Assembly: GCA_964016885.1 (NCBI GenBank)
Contig: OZ024766.1
Coordinates: 13,950,001-14,014,000, forward strand
Reading direction: 5' to 3'
Length of the DNA: 64,000 bases
Origin: Eledone cirrhosa
Taxonomy: Eukaryota
Below the pieces are notes generated by a model. That model did not search any database, had not been told where the DNA came from, and saw nothing but the letters and a program-made list of their open reading frames with translations. A program made the position numbers and the translations under genes. Shown here piece by piece: positions 40,671-57,021 of this stretch; position 1 is the first letter of the stretch, and each line of letters opens with the position of its first letter.

Positions 40671-42166
40671 CTGTAACAGGAAAACATTGGTGTAGATCAG
40701 GGATTGCCAACTTCTTTGCCTCCACGGGCCGGACGAACGCCATAAAAGAATAATTATGGAAAATTACACAAGCTAAAATTTTTATCTCGAGTGTCGACTA
40801 TACTATTCATTTCTCAAATCTTGAATTATATTCACAAATACCTCTGAATCCTGTGATTTCCCTCCTTGAAATGATGGAAAATGCACATAATTTTTATTTC
40901 AAAGTTGATGTTCCCACAACTGTAGCTTTTTTTCAAAGGCAACAATATGGTTATACATTTCATTTACGAGCTGAGTTTTACCTTGAAGTTGTAAATTTAA
41001 GTTATTTAACCCTTTAGCACTTACATTACTCTATATTTACTATTGTAATGTCACAGTAAACACTTTATCTTATATAGTTATCTCACATAATATTGAATCT
41101 ATGAGATTTTGATAATATTTATTTTGAGAAGAATACCTTAACGTCAGTATGAGTGGCTAGTTACAGCCGGTTTGAACAGAAAAAAGTGAGAGATTTCTGG
41201 CCGGATATGGCCGGTTTAAATGCTAAAGGGTTAAACGAGTCACAATATCCTCAATAAATACCAAAGTTGTAACAGCAGGCCTTTTATTGTATTCGAAAGG
41301 AATAATACGTATTATTCTTTTAAAATCTTTTATAATCTCTATAATTGTATTATTCTTTATCGAAAGGTTGTGAGTTCAATTCTCCGACCGGGTAATGTGT
41401 TGTTTCCTTGAGCAAACACTTTATTTCAAATTGCTCCAGTTTACTCAGCTGTAGAAATGAGATGATAGGGACTGGGGTCCCTATCATTCCACTGTAAAGT
41501 GGTCCTAGAGGTGCCACGGCAAAAAATCACCCAGCACTCACTGTAAATGAGGTTGGTTTTAGGAAGGGCATCAAGCTGTAGAAATCAAGCCAGAATCAGT
41601 TCCTGTCCCACTCTTGCAAGCAGGGAAAAGGGGACGTAAAATGAAATGATTTCATAATTCAGGGGTTGATAAAATATAGTACCAGTGATATCCTGGAGTA
41701 GATTTAATAGAATAGCTTAACACACACTCACATATATATATATATCTACTAACCAAAGTATCGCGTGATCTGGTGCGTTATGGTCCACCTCGTTCCTTAC
41801 CATACTTCCTACCACACACACACACACACATATATAGATATATACTTATAAATATATACAGAATAAGGAGCAGGTATTACAATAACCTGGGGTTCAAGGG
41901 CCCTCACCTCTTCAACAAGCTGCCAAGGAATTTGAGAGATCTGCATGGTGTGGACGTGGATGTTTTCAAGGAACATCTCGACACCCTGTTACCAGGATCC
42001 TGGATGAGCCCACAGCATGGTTCGAAGGTAACCTAAGGGCAGCAACAACGAACCCCCTCTTTGCCGAATGGCCAACCAACACAGGTTGGAGAAAGAATGT
42101 GTAACAAGGGCATGCCCCAGCATGGCCTCAACTGGATCGCTGGAACACGTTAAAAGAGTAAAAGAG

Positions 42167-42197
<31 letters not shown>

Positions 42198-42493
42198 TTA
42201 TATTTATATTTCTGGCTATTTCTGGCTGTCCATGGTCCTATTCAGGCCACTGGGATGACGTTCAACGAGTGTATTTTTTAAAAAATGCAACACGTGGTTC
42301 AAATCATTCGCAGATTTGCATTTGCTGTGTAAACGCAGATGGTTATTTTTCTTCTCATTTGGTGAACATCCAAGAATTTAACTGCTGTGATTTACGGATT
42401 AATAGGTGAAATATATTTCTTACTTAAAGAGCCAGGAACCCAACGGCTGAGCTCCGGCCAGAGATCAGCAGTTGGGGTCCTGACTCTTTTCCT

Positions 42494-42526
<33 letters not shown>

Positions 42527-42679
42527 AATAATATATTAATAAATGGAAACTATATTTATAAAACCATATTTATTTTATTATACATATTTCAAGGGCAACC
42601 AAGGCAAACTGTTGAGTGCTTTATATCAGTTATAAAAATGTTTAAGCTTATTGAATCCCAACAAATTAAATATAACCTC

Positions 42680-42724
<45 letters not shown>

Positions 42725-45419
42725 ATAAATATATATAATACAACATTAGAATTACTACTACATTTTACTTTCTATCTCTGTCTCTCACATCTCTTTCTCT
42801 CCCTCTATCTCCCTCTCTCGATATCCCTCTCTTTCTCTCACCCCCCCCTCTCTCTCTATCTCTCTCTATCTCTCCTCCTGTCTCTCCCATACACTTACCT
42901 AAGGTCATGTAATTTAACTGGGTGTGACTTTCTCAAAAGTTAATACAAAGACTTGCTTTCAACTGACAGAAACATAGCTACAATGTTGCACACTCATATC
43001 ATGTGTCTGTATGGCTGACTGCCTGAACTTCATACAGAAATAAAAAACCCCACACAACCAACATTCTGGGGTTGATAAAATATAATTGTTTCTAATTATA
43101 TTGACTAATTATATTTACGAATAATATTGACTAATAATATTGACTAATTATATTGACTAATTATATTTACTAATAATATTGACTAATAATATTGACTAAT
43201 TATATTGACTAATTATATTGACTAATTATATTGACTAATTATATTTACTAATAATATTGACTAATAATATTGACTAATTATATTTACTAATAATATTGAC
43301 TAATAATATTGACTTATTATATTGACTAATTATATTGACTAATTATATTGACTAATTATATTGACTAATTATATTTACTAATAATATTGACTAATTATAT
43401 TTACTAATAATATTGACTAATTATATTGACTAATTATATTGACTAATTATATTTACTAATTATATTTACTAATAATATTGACTAATAATATTGACTAATT
43501 ATATTGACTAATTATATTGACTAATTATATTTACTAATAATATTGACTAATAATATTGACTAATTATATTGACGAATTATATTGACTAATTATATTGACT
43601 AATTATATTGACTAATTATATTGACTAATAATATTAACTAATAATATTAACTAAATAATATTAACTATCAAGGGCGGTGGATTGGCAGTATCGGTATAAG
43701 GTCGGACGCCGTGCTTTCCAGCATAGTTACGTCCCTTTACGATCTGAGTTCAAATCCCGCCGAGGTAGACTTTGCCTTTCATCCTTACGGGGTCGATAAA
43801 ATAAAGTACCAGTTATGCACTGGGTAATTGCTGGCCTTGTGCCTAAAGTAGAAACAATTATTAGTAAATATAATTAGTTAATATTATTAGTTAATATAAT
43901 TAGTTAATATTATTAGTTAATATTATTAGTCAATAATAATATTAATGGCAGTGGATTGGCAGTATCAGTGGAGGGTCGGACGCCATGCTTTGATGCATAG
44001 AGTTACGGCCCTTGCCATTCTGAGTTCAAATCCCACCGAGGTTAACTTTGCCTTTCATCCTTACGGGGTCGATAAAATAAAGTAGCAGTAATTCACTGGG
44101 GTAATTGCTGGCCTTGTGCCTAACGTAGAAACAATTATTAACTAATATTTCTAACTAATAATATTGATTGTTGACTAGAAATTTAGAGATTATTTTAATG
44201 GTTTCTGATTTAGATGCAAGGCCAACACATTTGGGGAAGGGGTGTTGATTGACCCCAGTGTGTTACTGGTACTTTATTTTATCAACCCAGTAAGGATGAA
44301 AGGCAAAGCTTACCTTGATGGGATTTGAACTCAGAACGTAAAGGGCCGTAACTGGGTTCAAATCCTACTGAAATTATAGCTCTGGCTTTCATCCTAACAG
44401 GGTTGATAAAGTAAAGTACCAGTAACGTACTGGGGTTGATAAAGTAAAGTACCTGTAACGTTCTTGGGTTGATAAAGAAAGGTACCAGTAATGTACTGGG
44501 GTTGATAAAGTAAAGTACCAGTAATGTACTGGGTTTGATAAAGTAAAGTATCAGTAACGTACTGGGGTTGATAAAGTAAAGTACCAGTAACGTACTGGGG
44601 TTGATAAAGTAAAGTACCAGTAATGTACGGGGGTTGATAAAGTAAAGTACCAGTAACGTACTGGGGTTGATAAAGTAAAGTACCAGTAATGTACTGGGTT
44701 GATAAAGTAAAGTACCAGTAACGTACTGGCGTTGATAAAGTAAAGTACCAGTAATGTACTGGGGTTGATAAAATAAAGTACCAGTAATGTACTGGAGCTG
44801 ATAAAATAAAGTACTAGTAACGTACTGGGGTTGATAAAGTAAAGTACCAGGAATGTACTGGGGTTGATAAAGTAAAGTACCAGTAATGTACTGGGGTTGA
44901 TAAAATAAAGTACCAGTAATGTACTGGGGTTGATAAAATAAAGTACCAGTAATGTACTGGAGCTGATAAAATAAAGTACTAGTAACGTACTGGGGTTGAT
45001 AAAGTAAAGTACCAGGAATGTACTGGGGTTGATAAAATAAAGTACCAGTAACGTACTGGGGTTGATAAAGTAAAGTACCAGTAACGTACTGGGGTTGATA
45101 AAGTAAAGTACCAGTAACGTACTGGGGTTGATAAAATAAAGTACCAGTAACGTACTGGGGTTGATAAAGTAAAGTACCAGTAACGTACTGAGGTTGATAA
45201 AATAAAGTACCAGTAATGTACTGGGATTGATAAAATAAAGTACCAGTAACGTACTGGGGTTGATAAAGTAAAGTACCAGTAACGTACTGGGGTTGATAAA
45301 GTAAAGTACCAGTAACGTACTGGGGTTGATAAAGTAAAGTACCAGTAACGTACTGGGGTTGATAAAATAAAGTACCTGGAATGGTGAGAGATAAAAGCTG
45401 AGATATGAAAATAACTAAC

Positions 45420-45557
45420 CTTTCTGACAACTGTTTCCTTCATAACCTGGAGCACATCTACCCCTTGAACAGATCCCTAATTCCACATTACACCTGTTGT
45501 TATCTTCACAATGACACACCTGATCACAGTTGGCACCAAGTCTTCCACTACTGCACA
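45420..45557 (-). CDS. EGF-like exon, copy C
   Basis: Same peptide and splice sites as copy A. Confidence 0.88.
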
Positions 45558-47053
45558 CTGTAACAGGAAAACATTGGTGTAGATCAGGGATTGCCAACTT
45601 CTTTGCCTCCACGGGCCGGACGAACGCCATAAAAGAATAATTATGGAAAATTACACAAGCTAAAATTTTTATCTCGAGTGTCGACTATACTATTCATTTC
45701 TCAAATCTTGAATTATATTCACAAATACCTCTGAATCCTGTGATTTCCCTCCTTGAAATGATGGAAAATGCACATAATTTTTATTTCAAAGTTGATGTTC
45801 CCACAACTGTAGCTTTTTTTCAAAGGCAACAATATGGTTATACATTTCATTTACGAGCTGAGTTTTACCTTGAAGTTGTAAATTTAAGTTATTTAACCCT
45901 TTAGCACTTACATTACTCTATATTTACTATTGTAATGTCACAGTAAACACTTTATCTTATATAGTTATCTCACATAATATTGAATCTATGAGATTTTGAT
46001 AATATTTATTTTGAGAAGAATACCTTAACGTCAGTATGAGTGGCTAGTTACAGCCGGTTTGAACAGAAAAAAGTGAGAGATTTCTGGCCGGATATGGCCG
46101 GTTTAAATGCTAAAGGGTTAAACGAGTCACAATATCCTCAATAAATACCAAAGTTGTAACAGCAGGCCTTTTATTGTATTCGAAAGGAATAATACGTATT
46201 ATTCTTTTAAAATCTTTTATAATCTCTATAATTGTATTATTCTTTATCGAAAGGTTGTGAGTTCAATTCTCCGACCGGGTAATGTGTTGTTTCCTTGAGC
46301 AAACACTTTATTTCAAATTGCTCCAGTTTACTCAGCTGTAGAAATGAGATGATAGGGACTGGGGTCCCTATCATTCCACTGTAAAGTGGTCGTAGAGGTG
46401 CCACGGCAAAAAATCACCCAGCACTCACTGTAAATGAGGTTGGTTTTAGGAAGGGCATCAAGCTGTAGAAATCAAGCCAGAATCAGTTCCTGTCCCACTC
46501 TTGCAAGCAGGGAAAAGGGGACGTAAAATGAAATGATTTCATAATTCAGGGGTTGATAAAATATAGTACCAGTGATATCCTGGAGTAGATTTAATAGAAT
46601 AGCTTAACACACACTCACATATATATATATATCTACTAACCAAAGTATCGCGTGATCTGGTGCGTTATGGTCCACCTCGTTCCTTACCATACTTCCTACC
46701 ACACACACACACACACATATATAGATATATACTTATAAATATATACAGAATAAGGAGCAGGTATTACAATAACCTGGGGTTCAAGGGCCCTCACCTCTTC
46801 AACAAGCTGCCAAGGAATTTGAGAGATCTGCATGGTGTGGACGTGGATGTTTTCAAGGAACATCTCGACACCCTGTTACCAGGATCCTGGATGAGCCCAC
46901 AGCATGGTTCGAAGGTAACCTAAGGGCAGCAACAACGAACCCCCTCTTTGCCGAATGGCCAACCAACACAGGTTGGAGAAAGAATGTGTAACAAGGGCAT
47001 GCCCCAGCATGGCCTCAACTGGATCGCTGGAACACGTTAAAAGAGTAAAAGAG

Positions 47054-47084
<31 letters not shown>

Positions 47085-47380
47085 TTATATTTATATTTCT
47101 GGCTATTTCTGGCTGTCCATGGTCCTATTCAGGCCACTGGGATGACGTTCAACGAGTGTATTTTTTAAAAAATGCAACACGTGGTTCAAATCATTCGCAG
47201 ATTTGCATTTGCTGTGTAAACGCAGATGGTTATTTTTCTTCTCATTTGGTGAACATCCAAGAATTTAACTGCTGTGATTTACGGATTAATAGGTGAAATA
47301 TATTTCTTACTTAAAGAGCCAGGAACCCAACGGCTGAGCTCCGGCCAGAGATCAGCAGTTGGGGTCCTGACTCTTTTCCT

Positions 47381-47413
<33 letters not shown>

Positions 47414-47566
47414 AATAATATATTAATAAATGGAAACTATATTTATAAAACCATATTTATTTTATTATACATATTTCAAGGGCAACCAAGGCAAACTGTT
47501 GAGTGCTTTATATCAGTTATAAAAATGTTTAAGCTTATTGAATCCCAACAAATTAAATATAACCTC

Positions 47567-47611
<45 letters not shown>

Positions 47612-49912
47612 ATAAATATATATAATACAACATTAGAATTACTACTACATTTTACTTTCTATCTCTGTCTCTCACATCTCTTTCTCTCCCTCTATCTCCC
47701 TCTCTCGATATCCCTCTCTTTCTCTCACCCCCCCCTCTCTCTCTATCTCTCTCTATCTCTCCTCCTGTCTCTCCCATACACTTACCTAAGGTCATGTAAT
47801 TTAACTGGGTGTGACTTTCTCAAAAGTTAATACAAAGACTTGCTTTCAACTGACAGAAACATAGCTACAATGTTGCACACTCATATCATGTGTCTGTATG
47901 GCTGACTGCCTGAACTTCATACAGAAATAAAAAACCCCACACAACCAACATTCTGGGGTTGATAAAATATAATTGTTTCTAATTATATTGACTAATTATA
48001 TTTACGAATAATATTGACTAATAATATTGACTAATTATATTGACTAATTATATTTACTAATAATATTGACTAATAATATTGACTAATTATATTGACTAAT
48101 TATATTGACTAATTATATTGACTAATTATATTTACTAATAATATTGACTAATAATATTGACTAATTATATTTACTAATAATATTGACTAATAATATTGAC
48201 TTATTATATTGACTAATTATATTGACTAATTATATTGACTAATTATATTGACTAATTATATTTACTAATAATATTGACTAATTATATTTACTAATAATAT
48301 TGACTAATTATATTGACTAATTATATTGACTAATTATATTTACTAATTATATTTACTAATAATATTGACTAATAATATTGACTAATTATATTGACTAATT
48401 ATATTGACTAATTATATTTACTAATAATATTGACTAATAATATTGACTAATTATATTGACGAATTATATTGACTAATTATATTGACTAATTATATTGACT
48501 AATTATATTGACTAATAATATTAACTAATAATATTAACTAAATAATATTAACTATCAAGGGCGGTGGATTGGCAGTATCGGTATAAGGTCGGACGCCGTG
48601 CTTTCCAGCATAGTTACGTCCCTTTACGATCTGAGTTCAAATCCCGCCGAGGTAGACTTTGCCTTTCATCCTTACGGGGTCGATAAAATAAAGTACCAGT
48701 TATGCACTGGGTAATTGCTGGCCTTGTGCCTAAAGTAGAAACAATTATTAGTAAATATAATTAGTTAATATTATTAGTTAATATAATTAGTTAATATTAT
48801 TAGTTAATATTATTAGTCAATAATAATATTAATGGCAGTGGATTGGCAGTATCAGTGGAGGGTCGGACGCCATGCTTTGATGCATAGAGTTACGGCCCTT
48901 GCCATTCTGAGTTCAAATCCCACCGAGGTTAACTTTGCCTTTCATCCTTACGGGGTCGATAAAATAAAGTAGCAGTAATTCACTGGGGTAATTGCTGGCC
49001 TTGTGCCTAACGTAGAAACAATTATTAACTAATATTTCTAACTAATAATATTGATTGTTGACTAGAAATTTAGAGATTATTTTAATGGTTTCTGATTTAG
49101 ATGCAAGGCCAACACATTTGGGGAAGGGGTGTTGATTGACCCCAGTGTGTTACTGGTACTTTATTTTATCAACCCAGTAAGGATGAAAGGCAAAGCTTAC
49201 CTTGATGGGATTTGAACTCAGAACGTAAAGGGCCGTAACTGGGTTCAAATCCTACTGAAGTTATAGCTCTGGCTTTCATCCTAACAGGGTTGATAAAGTA
49301 AAGTACCAGTAACGTACTGGGGTTGATAAAGTAAAGTACCTGTAACGTTCTTGGGTTGATAAAGTAAGGTACCAGTAATGTACTGGGGTTGATAAAGTAA
49401 AGTACCAGTAATGTACTGGGTTTGATAAAGTAAAGTACCAGTAACGTACTGGGGTTGATAAAGTAAAGTACCAGTAATGTACGGGGGGTTGATAAAGTAA
49501 GGTACCAGTAATGTACTGGGGTTGATAAAGTAAAGTACCAGTAATGTACTGGGGTTGATAAGGTAAAGTACCTGTAACGTTCTTGGGTTGATAAAGTAAG
49601 GTACCAGTAATGTACTGGGGTTGATAAAGTAAAGTACCAGTAATGTACTGGGTTTGATAAAGTAAAGTATCAGTAACGTACTGGGGTTGATAAAGTAAAG
49701 TACCAGTAATGTACTGGGGTTGATAAAGTAAAGTACCAGTAACGTACTGGTGTTGATAAAGTAAAGTACCAGTAAAGTACTGGGGTTGACAAAATAAAGT
49801 ACCAGTAATGTACTGGGATTGATAAAATAAAGTACCAGTAATGTACTGGGGTTGATAAAATAAAGTACCTGGAATGGTGAGAGATAAAAGCTGAGATATG
49901 AAAATAACTAAC

Positions 49913-50050
49913 CTTTCTGACAACTGTTTCCTTCATAACCTGGAGCACATCTACCCCTTGAACAGATCCCTAATTCCACATTACACCTGTTGTTATCTTC
50001 ACAATGACACACCTGATCACAGTTGGCACCAAGTCTTCCACTACTGCACA
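49913..50050 (-). CDS. EGF-like exon, copy D
   Basis: Same peptide and splice sites as copy A. Confidence 0.88.
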
Positions 50051-51765
50051 CTGTAACAGGAAAACATTGGTGTAGATCAGGGATTGCCAACTTCTTTGCC
50101 TCCATGGGCCGGACGAACGCCATAAAAGAATAATTATGGAAAATTACACAAGCTAACGTTTAATCTCGAGTGTTGACTATACTATTCATTTCTCAAATCT
50201 TGAATTATATTCACAAATACCTCTGAATCCTGTGATTTCCCTCCTTGAAATGATGGAAAATGCACATAATTTTTATTTCAAAGTTGATGTTCCCACAACT
50301 GTAGCTTTTTTTCAAATGTATATGGTTATACATTTCATTTACGAGCTGAGTTTTACCTTGAAGTTGTAAATTTAAGTTATTTAACCCTTTAGCACTTACA
50401 TTACTCTATATTTACTATTGTAATGTCACAGTAAACACTTTATCTTATATAGTTATCTCACATAATATTGAATCTATGAGATTTTGATATTATTTATTTT
50501 GAGAAGAATACCTTAACGTCAGTATGAGTGGCTAGTTACAGCCGGTTTGAACAGAAAAAAGTGAGAGATTTCTGGCCGGATATGGCCGGTTTAAATGCTA
50601 AAGGGTTAAACGATTCACAATATCCTCAATAAATACCAAAGTTGTAACAGCAGGCCTTTTATTGTATTCGAAAGGAATAATACGTATTATTCTTTTATAA
50701 TCTTTTATAATCTCTATAATTGAATTATTCTTTATCGAAAGGTTGTGAGTTCAATTCTCCGACCGGTTAATGTGTTGTTTCCTTGAGCAAGACTCTTTAT
50801 TTCAAATTGCTCCAGTTTACTCAGCTGTAGAAATGAGATGATAGGGACTGGGGTCCCTATCATTCCACTGTAAAGTGGTCCTAGAGGTGCCACGGCAAAA
50901 AATCACCCAGCACTCACTGTAAATGAGGTTGGTTTTAGGAAGGGCATCAAGCTGTAGAAATCAAGCCAGAATCAGTTCCTGTCCCACTCTTGCAAGCAGG
51001 GAAAAGGGGACGTAAAATGAAATGATTTCATAATTCAGGGGTTGATAAAATATAGTACCAGTGATATCCTGGGGTAGATTTAATAGAATAGCTTAACTCG
51101 CACTCACATATATATATATCTACTAACCAAAGTATCGCGTGATCTGGTGCGTTATGGTCCACCTCGTTCCTTACCATACTTCCTACCACACACACACACA
51201 CACACATATATAGATATATACTTATAAATATATACAGAATAAGGAGCAGGTATTACAATAACCTGGGGTTCAAGGGCCCTCACCTCTTCAACAAGCTGCC
51301 AAGGAATTTGAGAGATCTGCATGGTGTGGACGTGGATGTTTTCAAGGAACATCTCGACACCCTGTTACCAGGATCCTGGATGAGCCCACAGCATGGTTCG
51401 AAGGTAACCTAAGGGCAGCAACAACGAACCCCCTCTTTGCCGAATGGCCAACCAACACAGGTTGGAGAAAGAATGTGTAACAAGAGCATGCCCCAGCATG
51501 GCCTCAACTGGATCGCTGGAACACGTTAAAAGAGAAAAAGAGAATATATATATATATATATACATATAATGTAGGAGGTGAGTTTTATTGTGGTACAATA
51601 AAGCAATGCAGATATCGGATAAGAAGCACTCTACAGTTTGTAGGACTGGAGTATACATAATATAAGATCAAAAGATGGTTAAAGGAGTTCCATGTATTTT
51701 ATTATGCGCATTTAAAACTGCACTATCCACAAGTGTTTTTTTAGCCTTCATATCATGTTCTCCTG

Positions 51766-51832
51766 TTTTATCTGATGAAAACACAAATATTATTGCATGA
51801 TGATGTTTGTTTTTGAAATGCGCATAATAAAA
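51766..51832 (+). ncRNA. Hammerhead motif, copy of 36587
   Basis: Same sequence as 36587-36653. Confidence 0.82.
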
Positions 51833-52189
51833 TACATGGAACTCCTTTAACCATCTTTTGATCTTATATTATATTTACATATATATATATTTATATTTAT
51901 ATTTCTGGCTATTTCTGGCTGTCGATGGTCCTATTCAGGCCACTGGGATGACGTTGTTCAACGAGTGTATTTTTAAAAAAATGCAACAAGTGGTTCAAAT
52001 CATTCGCAGATTTGCATTTGCTGTGTAAACGTAGATGGTTATTTTTCTTCTCATTTGGTGAACATCCAAGAATTTAACTGCTGTGATTTACGGATTAATA
52101 GGTGAAATATATTTCTTACTTAAAGAGCCAGGAACCCAACGGCTGAGCTCCGGCCAGAGATCAGCAGTTGGGGTCCTGACTCTTTTCCT

Positions 52190-52258
<69 letters not shown>

Positions 52259-55099
52259 ACGAAGGAAATGTGGTAAGGAACCAGGTGGACCATAACGCAC
52301 CAAAGTACTCAATACTTGAGGTGGTAGAGTGGGTAATAGGAACCTTATTATATATTTATATATATATATATATAAATAATATATTAATAAATGGAAACTA
52401 TATTTATAAAACCATATTTATTTTATTATACATATTTCAAGGGCAACCAAGGCAAACTGTTGAGTGCTTTATATCAGTTATAAAAATGTTTAAGCTTATT
52501 GAATCCCAACAAATTAAATATAACCTCTGCATATATATATATTTATATATATATATATAAATTTATATAATACAACATTAGAATTACTACTACATTTTAC
52601 TTTCTATCTCTGTCTCTCACATCTCTTTCTCTCCCTCTATCTCCCTCTCTCGATATCCCTCTCTTTCTCTCACCCCCCTCTCTCTCTCTATCTCTCTCTA
52701 TCTCTCCTCCTGTCTCTCCCATACACTTACCTAAGGTCATGTAATTTAACTGGGTGTGACTTTCTCAAAAGTTAATACAAAGACTTGCTTTCAACTGACA
52801 GAAACATAGCTACAATGTTGCACACTCATATCATGTGTCTGTATGGCTGACTGCCTGAACTTCATACAGAAATAAAAAACCCCACACAACCAACATTCTG
52901 GGGTTGATAAAATATAATTGTTTCTAATTATATTGACTAATTATATTTACGAATAATATTGACTAATAATATTGACTAATTATATTGACTAATTATATTT
53001 ACTAATAATATTGACTAATAATATTGACTAATTATATTGACTAATTATATTGACTAATTATATTTACTAATAATATTGACTAATAATATTGACTAATTAT
53101 ATTTACTAATAATATTGACTAATAATATTGACTTATTATATTGACTAATTATATTGACTAATTATATTGACTAATTATATTGACTAATTATATTTACTAA
53201 TAATATTGACTAATTATATTTACTAATAATATTGACTAATAATATTGACTAATTATATTGACTAATTATATTGACTAATTATATTGACTAATTATATTGA
53301 CTAATTATATTGACTAATTATATTGACTAATTATATTTACTAATAATATTGACTAATTATATTTACTAATAATATTGACTAATTATATTGACTAATTATA
53401 TTGACTAATTATATTGACTAATTATATTTACTAATAATATTGACTAATAATATTGACTAATTATATTGACTAATTATATTGACTAATTATATTGACTAAT
53501 TATATTGACTAATTATATTGACTAATTATATTGACTAATTATATTGACTAATTATATTTACTAATAATAGTAACTAATTATATGAACTAATAATTATTTC
53601 TACATTAGCCACAAGGCCAGCAATTACCCAGTACATTACTGGTACTTTATTTTATCGACCCCGTAAGGATGAAAGGCAAAGTTAACCTCATTAACTAATT
53701 ATATTGACTAATAATATTAACTAATTATATTGACTAATTATATTAACTAATAATATTAACTAATATTATCACCTAATAATATTAACTAATAACATTCACT
53801 AATTATATTAACTAATAATATTAACTAATATTATCAACTAATAATATTCATTAATAATTTAAATAATGTTTACATTAGGCACAAGGCCAGCAATTACCCC
53901 AGGGTATTACTGGTACTTTATTTTATCAACCCCGTAAGGATGAAGGGCAAAGTTAACCTCGGCGGGATTTGAATTAGTTAATATTATTCGGTGGATTGGC
54001 AGTATCGGTGGAGCGTCGGACGCCATGCTTTGATGCATAGAGTTACGGCCCTTAGTCAATATAATTAGTAAATATTATTAGTTAATATTATTAGTTAATA
54101 TAATTAGTTAATATTATTAGTTAATATAATTAGTTAATATTATTAGTTAATATTATTAGTTAATATAATTAGTTAATATTATTAGTTAATATTATTAGTT
54201 AATATAATTAGTTAATATTATTAGTTAATATAATTAGTTAATATTATTAGTTAATATTATTAGTTAATATAATTAGTTAATATTATTAGTTAATATTATT
54301 AGTTAATATTATTAGTCAATATAATTAGTTAATATTATTAATTAATATAATTAGTTAATATTATTAGTCAATAATAACATTAATGGCAGTGGATTGGCAG
54401 TATCAGTGGAGGGTGGGACGCCATGCTTTGATGCATAGAGTTACGGCCCTTGCCATTCTGAGTTCAAATCCCACCGAGGTTAACTTTGCCTTTCATCCTT
54501 ACGGGGTCGATAAAATAAAGTAGCAGTAATACACTGGGGTAATTGCTGGCCTTGTGCCTAACGTAGAAACAATTATTAACTAATATTACTAACTAATAAT
54601 ATTGATTGTTGACTAGAAATTTAGAGATTATTTTAATGGTTTCTGATTTAGATGCAAGGCCAACACATTTGGGGAAGGGGTGTTGATTGACCCCAGTGTG
54701 TTACTGGTACTTTATTTTATCAACCCAGTAAGGATGAAGGGCAAAGCTTACCTTGATGGGATTTGAACTCAGAACGTAAAGGGCCGTAACTGGGTTCAAA
54801 TCCTACTGAAGTTATAGCTCTGGCTTTCATCCTAACAGGGTTGATAAAGTAAAGTACCAGTAACGTACTGGGGTTGATAAAGTAAAGTACCAGTAACGTA
54901 CTGGGGTTGATAAAGTAAAGTACCAGTAACGTACTGGGGTTGATAAAGTAAAGTACCAGTAACGAACTGGGGTTGATAAAGTAAACTACCAGTAATGTAC
55001 TGGGGTTAATAAAATAAAGTACCAGTAATGTACTGGGGTTGATAAAATAAAGTACCTGGACTGGTGAGAGATAAAAGCTGAGATATGAAAATAACTAAC

Positions 55100-55237
55100 C
55101 TTTCTGACAACTGTTTCTTTCATAACCTGGAGCACATCTACCCCTTGAACAGATCCCTAATTCCACATTACACCTGTTGTTATCTTCACAATGACACACC
55201 TGATCACAGTTGGCACCAAGTCTTCCACTACTGCACA
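55100..55237 (-). CDS. EGF-like exon, copy E (G>R variant, GYERNSC)
   Basis: Same splice sites; one missense change GGA>AGA. Confidence 0.85.
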
Positions 55238-56726
55238 CTGTAACAGGAAAACATTGGTGTAGATCAGGGATTGGCAACTTCTTTGCCTCCATGGGCCGGA
55301 CGAACGCCATAAAAGAATAATTATGGAAAATTACACAAGCTAAAATTTAATCTCGAGTGTTGACTATACTATTCATTTCTCAAATCTTGAATTATATTCA
55401 CAAATACCTCTGAATCCTGTGATTTCCCTCCTTGAAATGATGGAAAATGCACATAATTTTTATTTCAAAGTTGATGTTCCCACAACTGTAGCTTTTTTTC
55501 AAAGACAACAATATGGTTATACATTTCATTTACGAGCTGTGTTTTACCTTGAAGTTGTAAATTTAAGTTATTTAACCCTTTAGCACTTACATTACTCTAT
55601 ATTTACTATTGTAATGTCACAGTAAACACTTTATCTTATATAGTTATCTCACATAATATTGAATCTATGAGATTTTGATATTATTTATTTTGAGAAGAAT
55701 ACCTTAACGTCAGTATGAGTGGCTAGTTACAGCCGGTTTGAACAGAAAAAAGTGAGAGATTTCTGGCCGGATATGGCCGGTTTAAATGCTAAAGGGTTAA
55801 ACGAGTCACAATATCCTCAATAAATACCAAAGTTGTAACAGCAGGCCTTTTATTGTATTCGAAAGGAATAATACGTATTATTCTTTTATAATCTTTTATA
55901 ATCTCTATAATTGTATTATTCTTTATCGAAAGGTTGTGAGTTCAATTCTCCGACCGGTTAATGTGTTGTTTCCTTGAGCAAGACACTTTATTTCAAATTG
56001 CTCCAGTTTACTCAGCTGTAGAAATGAGATGATAGGGACTGGAGTCCCTATCATTCCACTGTAAAGTGGTCGTAGAGGTGCCACGGCAAAAAATCACCCA
56101 GCACTCACTGTAAATGAGGTTGGTTTTAGGAAGGGCATCAAGCTGTAGAAATCAAGCCAGAATCAGTTCCTGTCCCACTCTTGCAAGCAGGGAAAAGGGG
56201 ACGTAAAATGAAATGATTTCATAATTCAGGGGTTGATAAAATATAGTACCAGTGATATCCTGGAGTAGATTTAATAGAATAGCTTAACACACACTCACAT
56301 ATATATATATATCTACTAACCAAAGTATCGCGTGATCTGGTGCGTTATGGTCCACCTCGTTCCTTACCATACTTCCTACCACACACACACATATATAGAT
56401 ATATACTTATAAATATATACAGAATAAGGAGCAGGTATTACAATAACCTGGGGTTCAAGGGCCCTCACCTCTTCAACAAGCTGCCAAGGAATTTGAGAGA
56501 TCTGCATGGTGTGGACGTGGATGTTTTCAAGGAACATCTCGACACCCTGTTACCAGGATCCTGGATGAGCCCACAGCATGGTTCGAAGGTAACCTAAGGG
56601 CAGCAACAACGAACCCCCTCTTTGCCAAATGGCCAACCAACACAGGTTGGAGAAAGAATGTGTAACAAGGGCATGCCCCAGCATGGCCTCAACTGGATCG
56701 CTGGAACACGTTAAAAGAGTAAAAGA

Positions 56727-56759
<33 letters not shown>

Positions 56760-56954
56760 GTAGGAGGTGAGTTTTATTGTAGTACAATAAAGCAATGCAG
56801 ATATCGGATAAGAAGCACTCTACAGTTTGTAGGACTGGAGTATACATAATATAAGATCAAAAGATGGTTAAAGGAGTTCCATGTATTTTATTATGCGCAT
56901 TTAAAACTGCACTATCCACAAGTGTTTTTTTAGCCTTCATATCATGTTCTCCTG

Positions 56955-57021
56955 TTTTATCTGATGAAAACACAAATATTATTGCATGATGATGTTTGTT
57001 TTTGAAATGCGCATAATAAAA
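56955..57021 (+). ncRNA. Hammerhead motif, copy of 36587
   Basis: Same sequence as 36587-36653. Confidence 0.82.

Noticed and set aside
39404-45455. 379-382 aa ORFs with QPQYVTGTLLY repeats
   Set aside because: Product of the 33-bp SINE-derived minisatellite; single-base indels switch the peptide mid-array, and the ORF is broken in other units
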